A stretch of 35,724 nucleotides of DNA from Octopus bimaculoides (GCF_001194135.2 NC_068982.1:174248852-174284575); one strand, 5' to 3'; shown: positions 23,885 through 35,724, counted from the stretch's first letter. Notes: generated by a model from the sequence alone, not told the origin. Numbers and translations: made by a program.

Positions 23885-24096
23885 TTTCAAATTTTGGCAC
23901 AAACCAACACTTTCGAGATAGGAGTTAAGCCGATTACATCGACCCCAGTGCTCAATTGATACGTAATTTATCAACACTGAAAGGATGAAAGGCAAAGTTG
24001 ACCTCCTTGGAATTTAAACTCAGAACGTGCAGCCGGACGAAATGCCGCTAAGCATTTTGTACGGGCGGGCTAACGATTCTACCAGCTTGCTGCCTT
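23885..24096 (-). mobile_element. tRNA-derived SINE, family A (head-to-tail with the previous copy)
   Basis: tttcaaattttggcac ... gaaaggatgaaaggcaaagttgacc ... aactcagaacg ... taacgattctaccagcttgctgcctt. Confidence 0.9.
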
Positions 24097-24159
24097 ACAT
24101 AATGTATATATTGCTAAAGTGTGTGCGTAAATATGCGTGTGTGTATGTCTGTGTGCGTG

Positions 24160-24249
<90 letters not shown>

Positions 24250-24715
24250 CGTGCGATTATATTTGTGTGTATTATAATGTGATTTGTATATATTGAATTG
24301 TGTTTCTTTTTATTGGTTCAACGCGTCTTATGACGTAATTTACGGACGTCACACAAGTTAGACCAAAATGTTATTTGATATGAAACACCGGAAGTTGAAT
24401 ATCAGTTATGTAGCATATTGAAACTATCTGCAATTAACATATATGCACGCATTCAAATACACAATTCTCACATATATGCAAACAAACAACAAACTATAGA
24501 AATATAGCAATGTTTTTCTTGCGTTGTATCAGTCATGTACTGTGGATACACGTCCATTCATACTATACATGCATACTATACATGTACGCATACGTTCACT
24601 TCTCGAAAGTAATTCCCTCGTTAATGCTTTGGGATATTCTATTACAGTATTTATGTATTTATTTATTTATTGTTGTTACTGTTGTTGTTGTTGTTGTTGT
24701 TGTTGTTATTCTTGT

Positions 24716-25188
24716 TGTGACATTGAGGTACAAATACGAAGCTCAATATGCCCATCATGACTACCTGCCTGATGAGGGTACACTAGGCTCATGCATCACA
24801 ACTATCTGTGCGTGGCATGGTGATTTCATGTCAAGATAAACAGTGAATTACTTGCAGGTAGGGTCAGTTAAAATTCTCTTCGGGTCGAATGGCACATCCT
24901 GCTGAAAAGTTCCCTAGATATAGTTTGCTTAAGGATGATGAACGAAACACCCATGTTTCCAGAAGTGAATAATTCAAACCCTCCCGAAATTACTCTCAAC
25001 ACATTGGCTATGATGCTCTCTCACTACTCCTACTCGTGATCAGAGATGTATATATTGTCAGCCACTAAGGGACATGTTTAACTGGTTTAAGATCGGAGAC
25101 AAACAACTGACTAACAAATCAGTGATACTGAGCAGAATATCTGAATATTTGCTGTTGCCCACCTTTTACCCTGATACTGCATCGGGGC

Positions 25189-25192
<4 letters not shown>
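24716..25192 (-). mobile_element. Family E element, copy 2 (internal deletion)
   Basis: Collinear with 8727-9275, with (TTG)n on the left and (TTA)n on the right. Confidence 0.7.
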
Positions 25193-25258
<66 letters not shown>

Positions 25259-25476
25259 GTTCAGTAGTTTTATTTTTATAACGTGCTTTCACTTCACTAC
25301 CGAGCGCAGCTCTGTGTGCCTTGGGTATGTGCTGTGGTTTGCTGTGATGCTCTTATGGTTACTGTATTGAAAGTGTTTTGCGTAGGATGTGTGCAGTGCC
25401 CAGTAGTACAATTTTCTGTATGTTATATATATTTGTAAGTCCTGGTGTTTTTGTTATGTATTTGTCTGAATATTTT
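25259..25476 (-). mobile_element. 218-bp R4/Dong-type 3'-end unit, second copy
   Basis: Reverse complement of 19871-20088. (TTA)n lies at 25192-25258, then a gap, then (TTA)n again at 26102-26181. Confidence 0.9.
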
Positions 25477-26101
25477 NNNNNNNNNNNNNNNNNNNNNNNN
25501 NNNNNNNNNNNNNNNNNNNNNNNNNNNNNNNNNNNNNNNNNNNNNNNNNNNNNNNNNNNNNNNNNNNNNNNNNNNNNNNNNNNNNNNNNNNNNNNNNNNN
25601 NNNNNNNNNNNNNNNNNNNNNNNNNNNNNNNNNNNNNNNNNNNNNNNNNNNNNNNNNNNNNNNNNNNNNNNNNNNNNNNNNNNNNNNNNNNNNNNNNNNN
25701 NNNNNNNNNNNNNNNNNNNNNNNNNNNNNNNNNNNNNNNNNNNNNNNNNNNNNNNNNNNNNNNNNNNNNNNNNNNNNNNNNNNNNNNNNNNNNNNNNNNN
25801 NNNNNNNNNNNNNNNNNNNNNNNNNNNNNNNNNNNNNNNNNNNNNNNNNNNNNNNNNNNNNNNNNNNNNNNNNNNNNNNNNNNNNNNNNNNNNNNNNNNN
25901 NNNNNNNNNNNNNNNNNNNNNNNNNNNNNNNNNNNNNNNNNNNNNNNNNNNNNNNNNNNNNNNNNNNNNNNNNNNNNNNNNNNNNNNNNNNNNNNNNNNN
26001 NNNNNNNNNNNNNNNNNNNNNNNNNNNNNNNNNNNNNNNNNNNNNNNNNNNNNNNNNNNNNNNNNNNNNNNNNNNNNNNNNNNNNNNNNNNNNNNNNNNN
26101 N
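25477..26101. other. Assembly gap (N run)
   Basis: Ns in the sequence. Confidence 1.
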
Positions 26102-26182
<81 letters not shown>

Positions 26183-26184
26183 TC

Positions 26185-26345
26185 ATTTGGCTTTATGTTC
26201 TGAGTCCAAATTCCGTCGAGGTCGAATTTGACTTTCAAACTTTCCAAACTCGATAAAACAAGTAAGAGTTGAGCAATGGGGGACGATAAAATTGACTACC
26301 CCGCCCAACCAAAAGAAAGTTCACACCTTGCGCCTATAGCAGAAA
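26185..26345 (+). mobile_element. Decayed family A SINE (5'-truncated)
   Basis: ttatgttctgagtccaaattccgtcgaggtcgaatttgactttca ... ccttgcgcctatagcagaaaag. Confidence 0.65.
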
Positions 26346-26364
26346 AGACTGCTGTTCTTGGTTT

Positions 26365-26600
26365 AACTCTCATCTCCTGGTTAGACTTCATCAAGTAGAT
26401 CTAAGATACAAACAGCTCCAACCATGACCATTCCACTATTATTCAGATATTGTTTCTACGCCAGACTTTTTTTAATATGTTAGGATATGATTTTTGAAGA
26501 TGTAGCTGCTGATTTTTGAAGGAGATTTTGAAGGAGAATTAAGTTATGATTTTTGAAGGAGGTATAGCATGTTGAGTGACTACGTAGAGGCTACATCTTG
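26365..26600 (+). repeat. Unclassified repeat, family C
   Basis: cagctccaaccatgaccattcc, tgtagctgctgatttttg and gttgagtgactacgtagaggc resemble 2697-2905. Confidence 0.4.
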
Positions 26601-26682
26601 GTCGTGTTATAGTTGTATTGAGAGTAGAGCATGTGTGTTGGTAGGGTTGAAGATTTTAATAAGAGGACGGATATTTTCTAGT

Positions 26683-26687
<5 letters not shown>

Positions 26688-26731
<44 letters not shown>

Positions 26732-26732
26732 C

Positions 26733-26778
<46 letters not shown>

Positions 26779-26790
26779 CTATCTCTTTCT
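26688..26790. repeat. (CT)n(CTAT)n microsatellite
   Basis: Directly visible. Confidence 0.95.
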
Positions 26791-26860
26791 CCGCCCCTCT
26801 CTGTACATATACATAGATATTTTGTCTCACACTCTAATGACTCTGCCAGTCCATTCCTAA

Positions 26861-27280
26861 TTTAGGCACTGAAATTGAGGGGAGGCGTATTCTATTCCAT
26901 CGACCTTAGTACTTGACTGATAGTAGAGGCGCGTTGCTTAGTGGTTAGGGTGTTGGACTCATGATCGTGAGATTATGGTTTCGATTTCTGGACAGGGCGA
27001 CTCATTGTGTTCTTGAGCAAAACACTTCATTTCACGTTGCTCCACTCCATTCAGCCAGCAAAAATGAATAATCCAGACCAGTGAATAATCCCGTCCAGGT
27101 GGAGAAAGCGAGAAACCGGCCCTTATGAATCGGTATAACTCAAGAAGGTAACTTTACTTTAATTTACTAGTACTTGAGTGATACTTAATTTTATCGACCC
27201 TGGAAGGATGAATGACAAAGTTGAGCTCCGCGAAAGTTGAACTTGGAACATAAAGCCCCAGAAGAAATACTGCAAAGGCA
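26861..27280 (-). mobile_element. Family A SINE split by a nested SINE
   Basis: The 3' part (26861-26922) and the central part (27169-27280, ttatcgaccctggaaggatgaatgacaaagttg) become contiguous once the insert is removed. Confidence 0.75.
26923..27168 (+). mobile_element. tRNA-derived SINE, family B, nested, with 16-bp TSD
   Basis: tRNA-like head ggcgcgttgcttagtggttagggtgttggactcatgatcg...ggtttcgatttc, central tgtgttcttgagcaaaacactt, and TSD tagtacttga(c/g)tgata at 26907-26922 and 27169-27184. Confidence 0.85.
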
Positions 27281-27307
27281 GATCGTTGACTTTAGTAATT
27301 GTTCTAA

Positions 27308-27520
27308 TTTAGACATAAGACCAGCAATTTTAAAGAGAGGAGTTAGTCAATACCAACTATCCCAGTGCTGGACTGGTATTTTATTTTATCGATCTAAGGG
27401 GTATGAAAAGCAGTTAACCTTAGCGAGATTTGAATTAGCGCGTAAAGATTGTAAAAGGATTGAGAAAATTCCACCATGTATTTTTTTGCCACCCTCTAAC
27501 GTTTTGCCAACCAGCCACTG
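27308..27520 (-). mobile_element. Old family A SINE
   Basis: cccagtgctggactggtattttattttatcgatc and ctaacgttttgccaaccagcc. Confidence 0.7.
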
Positions 27521-27539
27521 TGATGAAGTTTGATATTGG

Positions 27540-27751
27540 TTTCAAATTTTGGTATAAAGCCAACAACTTCGGGGAGAGGGTTAGTCGATTACATCGACCC
27601 CAGTGCTCAGCTTTTACTTATTTTATCGACCTCGAAATGGATGAAAGGCAAAGTCAACCCGGGCGGCATTTGAACTCAGAACGTAAAGACGGATGAAATA
27701 CCTCTAAGCATTTTGCCCGGCGTGTTAACGATTTTGCCAGCTTGCTGCCTT
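27540..27751 (-). mobile_element. Full-length family A SINE
   Basis: Near-complete match to the reverse complement of 5480-5703. Confidence 0.92.
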
Positions 27752-27767
27752 AAGGAAATTTAATAAT

Positions 27768-27981
27768 CCTTTCTGTAATAGGCACAAGGCCTGAAATTTG
27801 GAAGGAGGGAACCAGTCGATTAGATCGACCCCAGTACACAACTGGAACTTAATTTATCGACCCTGAAAGCATGAAAGGCAAAGTTGACCTCGGCGGAATT
27901 TGAACCCAGAACGTAGCGACAGGCAAGGTAACGCTAAGCATTTCGTCCCGCGTGCTAACGATTCCGCCAGCTCACCGCCTT
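27768..27981 (-). mobile_element. Full-length family A SINE with probable 13-bp TSD
   Basis: Complete body, with gaa(a/g)tttaataat at 27755-27767 and 27985-27997. Confidence 0.9.
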
Positions 27982-28187
27982 GATGAAGTTTAATAATAAA
28001 AAGGAAAAGAAAATATATAAAATTTCTTTCTTTGAAATACATTTAAAAACACAGTGGAGTACTGTAAGACCAACTGTCATAGAGTAGTTTTAGGTTCTTA
28101 AATTCCTCGTCTCGTCGGTTCAGTTTCAGCATCTACAGTTCTATAGCACTCGGCGGAACCCAAATTCAACCTTATAGACTAAAAGAA

Positions 28188-28222
<35 letters not shown>

Positions 28223-28559
28223 GAGAGAGGGGGGTATTTATTTGCATAAGACATGAATGACTATAAACACTGCTCCCACTACCAAACAAAGATATCAGAC
28301 AACGCAAAAAACACTCGTTCATAAAGTATCAATTGATTGTGTTGTTGCAAATGTTGTAGCATTATAATTGGTTTCCTTAAAGAACCAAAATGATATAATG
28401 AAATAAAACGAAAGAATCCTTCCAGCAGAGAAGCAAAGTTGGAAGTGGCGAATATTATAAATTCCTGACTGTAAATAAACAACTTTGAATTTTTAACAGA
28501 GTTTCACTTTACTTTGATCTGGAACTAAGCATTTGTCGGGAAAAAAAAAGTTATTATCA

Positions 28560-28602
28560 CGATCATCATCATCATCGTTATCATTATCATTATTATTATT
28601 AT

Positions 28603-28644
<42 letters not shown>

Positions 28645-29150
28645 CATAAGAGTTAGTATAATGATGCTGCAGTTTCTCCTCAGTAGTTTGCAACAATATC
28701 ATCACACTTTCTATCATCATCATTATCGTCATCACCCTTCCCGTCATTCTTAATCGTCATCATAATCGTCGTCGTCGTCGTCGTCACCATCATCCTCATA
28801 ATCTTCGTCGTCGTCGTCGTCGTCGTCGTCATCACCATCACAACCAACGTTATTTAATATGTTGCATGTTTTTCATTTCGAAATCAAACTCATCTTTAAA
28901 GATGTAAAAAAAAAAATATATTCCCAATACCTATTAATACTGTTTTTTTTTCTTCATTTATTTTTATGTATGATGGAGTACGTCAGAGAGTACTGTATGT
29001 GTATGTGTGTGTATGTATGTATGTGTGTGTATGTGTGTATGTGTGTGTGTATGTATGTATGTATGTATGTGTGTGTATGTGTGTATGTGTGTGTGTATGT
29101 ATGTATGTGTGTGTATGTGTGTATGTGTGTGTGTGTGTGCGTGTGTTTGG
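28560..29150. repeat. Compound microsatellites (CAT/TTA/TAG/GTC)n and (TG/TATG)n
   Basis: Directly visible. Confidence 0.85.
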
Positions 29151-29522
29151 ATGTGTGTGCATAGACAAGAGTGCATTTGTGTATGTACCTTTTGTCTTTA
29201 CATTTGTATGAGTGCACGACTGAGAATGAATATGTATATATTGCCTCTGCGTCCGTGTCAGTATGCAATATATGAGTAGAAGTGCATGCGCGTGTGTCTC
29301 TGTTCCTGTGTAAGTGCACGCGGGTGAAACTGCATGCTTATGTGTGTCTCTATGTCAGTGTCTGTGCGCATGTATGAGACCGCATGTGTATCTGTGTCTC
29401 TGTGTCTCTATGAGCACAGGTGTGTTAATATATGTGTATATGGAGCTCTATGCGTGCCTCTCTGTATATGCACTTATGCTAGTGCATGACTATATGTCTC
29501 TCTATGTTCTACGTCTGTGTGA

Positions 29523-29870
29523 GTGCAACTGTAAGTGCATGTTTATGTGCCTCTTTGTTAATATGTGCTTATGTGTGAGAGTGCACGTATGTCTGAGTTT
29601 CTGTATCTCTTTATTTGTATGTCTTGCTTTCTATGTATGTGTTTGTAGATAAGTGTTTATGCAGCGTGTACGTGTGACTTGTTCTTTCTGCGTCTTAATG
29701 TGTGCAACTGTAAGTACATGTTTATGTGCCTCCGTGTCAATGTGTGCTTATGTGTGAGAGTGCACGTATGTCTGAGTTTCTGTTTTTCTCTATTCGCACG
29801 TCTGTTTTTCTATGTATGTGTTTGTTTGTAGATAAACGCTTATACTGCGTGTACATGTGACTTGTTCTGT
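29523..29870. repeat. ~180-bp tandem duplication of TG-rich sequence
   Basis: gtgcaactgtaagt(g/a)catgtttatgtgcctc ... gtgtgagagtgcacgtatgtctgagtttctgt ... tgtgacttgttct occurs at about 29523 and about 29703. Confidence 0.85.
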
Positions 29871-29943
29871 TTTTAGTATTCTCCAAGAGACGTTACGTTT
29901 TATTGTTCTTTGTTGTTCTATGTTTCCATCAACATGATCATGA

Positions 29944-29967
29944 TATAACAACAACAACAATAACAGC

Positions 29968-30046
<79 letters not shown>

Positions 30047-30322
30047 GTAATAACAATAATGAAAAGAAGAATTATCATCATCATCATCATCATTCTCCTC
30101 GTCGTTGTCGTCGTCATCATCATCTTCATCATCATCATCATCACCACCACCATTATAAGCTACGCTGTTTCCCTTTAAACTTAAAACACCTGCATAACAT
30201 TTCGGTTTTATTTTCATAGCGATTTTTTTATTCTTAAATATACTTATTAATCACAATGTTTGATGATTACGACGGTGATGCTGATGGTGGTGGCGGCGAT
30301 GATGATGATGATGATTATGATA

Positions 30323-30356
<34 letters not shown>

Positions 30357-30415
30357 CGACGACAACGACGACGACGACAATGATGATGATGATGATGATG
30401 ATGACGACGATGATA
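29944..30415. repeat. (AAC/AAT/CAT/GAT/GAC)n microsatellites
   Basis: Directly visible. Confidence 0.9.
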
Positions 30416-30600
30416 AATTCCACGCTGCTCTGTTGTTGGTATTTCAACTTTATTTATTGCTGTTCTTTATCCTTCTTTTACGAATTTCGGTGCTGCTTTT
30501 CTCTTCTTTTTTTTTCTATTTTTGCTGTTTTCCTTTTTGTTTTTGTTTTGTTTTTCAGACTCTATATGGTAGAAAAATATTTTAAAATATATTTCATTTC

Positions 30601-30785
30601 GGCGCAGAAGTGGCTGTGTGGTAAGTAGCTTGCTTACCAACCACATGGTTCCAGGTTTATTCCCACTGCGTGGCACCTTGGGCAAGTGTCTTTTATTATA
30701 TCCTCGGGCCGACCAAAGCCTTCTGAGTGGATTTGGTAGACGGAATCTGAAAGAAGCCTGACGTATATATGTATATATGCATATA

Positions 30786-30823
<38 letters not shown>

Positions 30824-31029
30824 TGTGTTTGTCCTCTCCCCACCATCCCTCGACAACCGATGCTGGTGTGTTTACGTCTCCGTAACATAGCGTTTCAGCA
30901 AAAAGAGAATGATAGAATAAGTACTAGGCTTACAAAGAATAAGTCCTGAGGTCGATTTGCTCGACCAAAAGCGGCATTCCAGCATGGCCACAGTCAAATG
31001 ACTGAAACAAGTAAAAGAGTAAAAGAGTA
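30601..31029 (+). mobile_element. tRNA-derived SINE, family D (~430 bp, internal (TA)/(TG)n, (aaaagagt)n tail)
   Basis: Head ggcgcagaagtggctgtgtggtaagtagcttgcttaccaaccacatggttccaggtttattcc, central gcaccttgggcaagtgtctt, and tail gtaaaagagtaaaagagta. Confidence 0.88.
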
Positions 31030-31169
31030 TGAAATTTAAAGAAATACGACCAAGATTTCCTATTTGCTGACGATGACGACGATGATGATGATGACGGGAA
31101 TGTTGTTTGCGTATTGGTAGCAGTAAATATAATGCTTGAAATCATCTAATTATGAATCTCACAGAGAGA

Positions 31170-31440
31170 CTTAAGCAGCAGTGTTACGATAAAGCAGTTG
31201 TATACTGTCAACTTAACGTGACAGTCCCAATAAGGGAATCATACTGCTGCTATTTAGCCCTAGGAAGCTGGATCGCTTCCTGTCGGCCTTGACACGTTTC
31301 CTGTGTCCTTATGTTGATGAGGGGGAGACAAGCACCTCCACCCAGCCTAGCCTGCATTCAGGGACATGTTTCTGAGTCTTTGCTCGTCATCAATCTGAAG
31401 TAGCACGACCAGCTAGCTGAAGATGCCTGTCAACCTCTCA
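31170..31440 (-). mobile_element. Isolated hammerhead-bearing repeat (solo Penelope pLTR candidate)
   Basis: Non-SINE, relatively GC-richer segment containing a minus-strand hammerhead fold. The boundaries are approximate. Confidence 0.45.
31357..31399 (-). ncRNA. Degenerate minimal type I hammerhead ribozyme motif
   Basis: The minus strand reads ttcaga-tTGATGA-c-gag-caaaga-ctc-a-GAAAC-atgt-c-cctgaa. Stem I ttcaga/cctgaa pairs at 5 of 6 positions, stem III is the palindrome acatgt, and the triplet is GTC. Confidence 0.6.
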
Positions 31441-31561
31441 CAAACATATATATTTCTAGTGAAACACAATCACTGATTACAAAAATTAAAAATGATCTAA
31501 TTATAAATCTCCCCCCTCTCTCTCTCCCTCTCCCCCCTCTCTCTCTCTCTCTCTCTCTCTC

Positions 31562-31902
31562 NNNNNNNNNNNNNNNNNNNNNNNNNNNNNNNNNNNNNNN
31601 NNNNNNNNNNNNNNNNNNNNNNNNNNNNNNNNNNNNNNNNNNNNNNNNNNNNNNNNNNNNNNNNNNNNNNNNNNNNNNNNNNNNNNNNNNNNNNNNNNNN
31701 NNNNNNNNNNNNNNNNNNNNNNNNNNNNNNNNNNNNNNNNNNNNNNNNNNNNNNNNNNNNNNNNNNNNNNNNNNNNNNNNNNNNNNNNNNNNNNNNNNNN
31801 NNNNNNNNNNNNNNNNNNNNNNNNNNNNNNNNNNNNNNNNNNNNNNNNNNNNNNNNNNNNNNNNNNNNNNNNNNNNNNNNNNNNNNNNNNNNNNNNNNNN
31901 NN
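31562..31902. other. Assembly gap (N run)
   Basis: Ns in the sequence. Confidence 1.
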
Positions 31903-32094
31903 AAACCAATCGGTTGTAGATCTTGCCTCAACAGCCTCATCGCCGACACTGTTATTTCTGCTGGAGGTGATGCTGTCAGCAGCCACAGTGGAAATACTGA
32001 TCGTTATAGTTGTAGTGGGGGGGGGTCTGGTGGTAGAGGAGGAGGAGGGTGTGGTGGTGGTGGTGGTGGTGCGATACACAGCGGATTCGTCGTT

Positions 32095-33110
32095 AAGACT
32101 GGAGGAATTACAAGTACTCTTAGAAAATCAAGTGAGGATAATCACACAAATAAACATAATGCTGTGTTCATAATACTTCGTAGTTCATGTTTACAATTGT
32201 TCTTGTAATTTTTTTTTATTTTTGGAGAAAACTTTTATCATTTACCAAGTGCAGAAATATCTTTAGTTAATTGCAGAGAAGCATTCGTTGAGTTTGAAAC
32301 TTTGAAAGAGAAATTCACAGAATTACATAAAGACATTTGTTGTAATGTACTACCTAAATACGGGGGAAAATCATGCCAAAATGTAAGTAAGAATCAATGT
32401 GAAACATGGTGATTGTTCATCGCCAGAAGGAAATATATCATAATCGAATGCACGGTGATGATGTATATTTGATGCTACTTTGACTACTAATCAGGAAATT
32501 TGTGGCATCAGTAAAGATGTTATTTACTTCCTGATTACAGAAATAACCTAAAGATTTTTCTCGCTCATGAAATTTAGATTCACAGTAAAGATATCTACTC
32601 GATGCACTAAGTATTGTTTTGAAAGCTCTCGAAGACTGGAAACTGGAAGAAAGAATGTTAAAATCTTTTGAATTAGCAAAGTGTTATTAAGGTAGTATTG
32701 ATAGAACAAAATTGTACAGAGAAATTAAAGATTGCATTATGTTAAGTAAAAAAATCCGATTTTTTAACCAATTGTTGCAACTAATTTGCTAACATTTATA
32801 ATTTCATATTTGAAGATGCTTTCCCAAGTTTAAGCGGTTTATTTTCTCTTTTTCTTTTCTTTTCTCTTTTTTCAAAGTGTTGCTGATTTTGTTGAATGCA
32901 TTCTTTGTTGCCATTTGACTGAGGAAAGGACTTTGGCAACTTGAAATTAATTCTTATATACTTGAGGATATCAATCACTCAATAACGACTTAAGTCACTT
33001 GGCAATATTAAGTATTGAAAAAAAGATCATACTTAATACATTAAGTTTTATTAGATTAATTGATGTATATATTTGCAGTTGAAAAAGCACGGAAAGTTCA
33101 TATAAAGTGT
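32095..33110 (+). pseudogene. Decayed hAT-superfamily transposase (C-terminal dimerisation domain recognisable)
   Basis: At 32941, LKLILIYLRISITQ*RL / SHLAILSIEK matches the recalled ERSFSKLKLIK.YLRSTM.QERL..LAILSIE hATC motif, and FAVEKARKV at 33072 matches FA..KARK. There are many stops and frameshifts. Confidence 0.75.
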
Positions 33111-33433
33111 AATCACAGACACTTGAATATTATCAATACAAGATGTAGATAAGTATTTGTTAAGTTTTGTGAGCTAAAAGAAATTGTTACTTGAAAACAT
33201 AAGTAACATTTTATCAATCTATTTCATAATCCACGTACACCAAAAGTGATTGGTTTCTCATTTAAAACTTGAGTTTCGAAACTAGCTATATAAAAGGTAT
33301 TTATATTGCATGCTTGCTAGATTACTTTAGCTAGGTGACTTTGAAGACTACTGGATTACATAAATATGAAAATGGCTATAAGTACATTTAGTAGTCTCTG
33401 CTGCCTTAGTTACAGTTGCGATGTGTTGTTATG

Positions 33434-33645
33434 ATGCGATGAGCCGGTTGATTCGTTAGCACGCCAGGCACAATGCTTAGCAGCATTTCGTCCGTCTTTA
33501 CGTTCTGAGTTCAAATTCCACCAAGATCGACTTTGTTTTTCGTCCTTTTGGGGTCGATAAAATAAGTGCTAGGTGATCACTGGGGCTGATGTAATCGACT
33601 TACACCTTCCTCGAAATTGCCAGGCTTGTACCAAAATGTGAAACC
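33434..33645 (+). mobile_element. Family A SINE with 10-bp TSD
   Basis: ttcgttagcacgccaggc ... gttctgagttcaaattcc ... accaaaatgtgaaacc, with gtgttgttat at 33423-33432 and 33654-33663. Confidence 0.9.
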
Positions 33646-33759
33646 GATATTACGTGTTGTTATATAGTGACTTCATGTTAGGCTTGTGTAATGCAGTAGT
33701 TAAATCTTTATATTATTGTCATTGAATAATGAGTCACAAAACGAAGAGTCATATCTCAG

Positions 33760-33818
33760 AGGTGAGGGCACCAAAAGGCTCTTTGTCCTTGGGGCCTGCA
33801 AATCCTGGATACACCACC
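33760..33818 (+). mobile_element. Candidate right end (TIR remnant) of the hAT element
   Basis: GC-rich ggggcctgcaaatcctggatacaccac resembles hAT termini (reverse complement close to cagtggcgtatcc). The left end is not visible. Confidence 0.35.
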
Positions 33819-34164
33819 TAAAGTTGTTCAAATAAAAATTATGCCTAAAATATTTGTAACCTCTCACGTAATGTATGGTGACATGAGTTTTAGTTCCATT
33901 GTTTTTGTACAGAAATCATTCAATTATAAACAGCTCAGATTTATATGAAATCAAAAGCTATTTCTAATACATGACACATTTATTATTTCGCAGAAGTCAA
34001 TATAAATTAATTATCAAACAATTTTTCAGTCAGTTTTTATTTAAAATTAATTAGTCTTAATTTCTTTTTCTTACCTACCTTGGTTTGCGCATACCTTTTT
34101 TAATTCGTCCCATAAAATACAACTGAATTTCTATGGATTTTTTTCTACATTAGCAAAGAAGTAC

Positions 34165-34290
34165 ACGTTTATGGAGTAGAAGCAATAATCGACTGAAATG
34201 ATCCCACTCAAACTTATGTTATCGACGATAGAGGAATGAAATGCAAGATTAATTTCTGCAGAATATGAACTAAGAAAGTATAAGGATGAC
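34165..34290 (-). mobile_element. Very old family A SINE remnant
   Basis: aacttatgttatcgacgatagaggaatgaaatgcaag ... gaatatgaactaagaaagt. Confidence 0.35.
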
Positions 34291-35724
34291 TAAAAAGTAG
34301 TGTTAAATATTTAGGATAGAATTTTCAGTACCTACCATTTCGTAGGCTTAATAAAAAATAATGATTTATGCTTTAGGAAGGCATATTTTATTGGAATCAG
34401 AAACTTTGTGGTTGCAGAAATACAAAATGAAGAACCAGTGACAAACTGAATATAAATTACCAAAACTACCTTTAGAAATTTAGATCACCTCACAATAATA
34501 GGATGAACCACAACTCCTTCCGTTATAGTTTAGCATATACACTGTAAGATTAAAAAGTCTCTTTTGCACAGTCCAATATAGTTATATATGCCAGTTCCTT
34601 TATTTTGCAGGACAAACGATTCCTGCATTTCCTGGAGTGAGCATTTCGTAAAAATGATCTCTTTCATAATAGAGCCGCAGCTCTAAGGAAATTTTCATGA
34701 AACGTCTTTTGAATATTTTCTTATAACTCTAGGTATGGGGGCAATATTTATGTAGGGGTAGGATAATTCTACCTACATAAGTCCTAACATTATATATGTG
34801 CGAGTATGTGTTTACGTGTGAACACACACACACACATATACATACATACATATACATACACACATATGTGTGTGTATTCGTACGTATATGCATATGCTTA
34901 TACATACATAGATAAATATAGATATAGCTTTAATTGTAAAAAAATCATACTATAGTTTAGTAAAACAGGCTACAATTACGCAATAGACAGTTAACAAACA
35001 GAGAAACAGACAGTACAGCTACAAAATTAGCAGACGATATTTAGAATGTACAACATAGTGAAGCAGACCAATGAAAACATAGAACACTTGATTGGCAAAT
35101 GAAACAATCATAAACAGCACCTTAGTAACACAATATTAGAAACAATCGAATGAGAATATTAATCATAGACACAAGAATTACATTTACTAGCCCCTGCTTA
35201 CCAGCCAAGATCCTTACAGAAGACCATTTTCACCAGTGGTCTTAAGTTGCATATTAGATAAACGATAAACTCAACTCTTAGTATTCGTGTATTCTCTCTC
35301 TTTCTCTCTCACTTTCTCTCATGTTGAATATATATAACTATATATATGCGCGCACATTAAAGATCATATATAGTATATAAGCTCAAACATGAGACTTATT
35401 CGCCCACTCCACTTTACACACCTATAGTTAATTTGGGGATGGTAGAAATTTCGAGAATTCTCTCCCTTACTTCACTTGAAAATAATTTTCATTAACCTAA
35501 TCCTAATGTGTTGTTTTCTCGTTCAGTATTTTCTTCGCGTTGAAAGTTCATTTAGGAAATTTTCCAATATCATTTGATATGTATATTTACATAATATATG
35601 TGTGTGCATATACATATATAATATGCATGTATAATCATATATACATACATATAGATAAGTATTGATACACACACACATATATATACATATGTATATACGT
35701 ATGTATATATATATGCATATATAT

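Noticed and set aside
24769-24775. CTGATGA in family E copy 2
   Set aside because: There is no downstream GAAA in register, and copy 1 has ctgataa at this position.
35380-35510. aacctaatcctaat motif suggesting a Helitron/Helentron-type or telomere-like end
   Set aside because: It is too short and degenerate, with no supporting hairpin or second terminus seen.

Overview
This is a eukaryotic, AT-rich, intergenic or intronic window with six N-gaps. It is dense in microsatellites and tRNA-derived SINEs, which points to an octopus-like cephalopod (inference, not verified). I found no intact host protein-coding gene; nearly all ORFs in the track are microsatellite translations or transposon remnants. 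The recognisable content is decayed mobile DNA: R4/Dong-clade (RLE-type) LINE pieces, RTE- and CR1/L2-like RT remnants, a Penelope-like element 3' end with a GIY-YIG domain, a hAT transposase fossil, and about 18 SINE copies from at least three families, several with target-site duplications. The most interesting signal is RNA structure. Four sequence-unrelated minimal type I hammerhead ribozyme motifs with palindromic stem III lie at 14402-14450, 16854-16917, 20155-20200 and 31357-31399. One sits in a Penelope terminal repeat behind a tRNA-like Pol III head, one in a ~385-bp terminally redundant retrozyme-like unit, one in a fold-back element, and one in an isolated repeat. A 218-bp R4/Dong 3'-end unit also occurs twice with the same visible boundaries next to (TAA)n tracts. 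All alignments and folds were done by eye.
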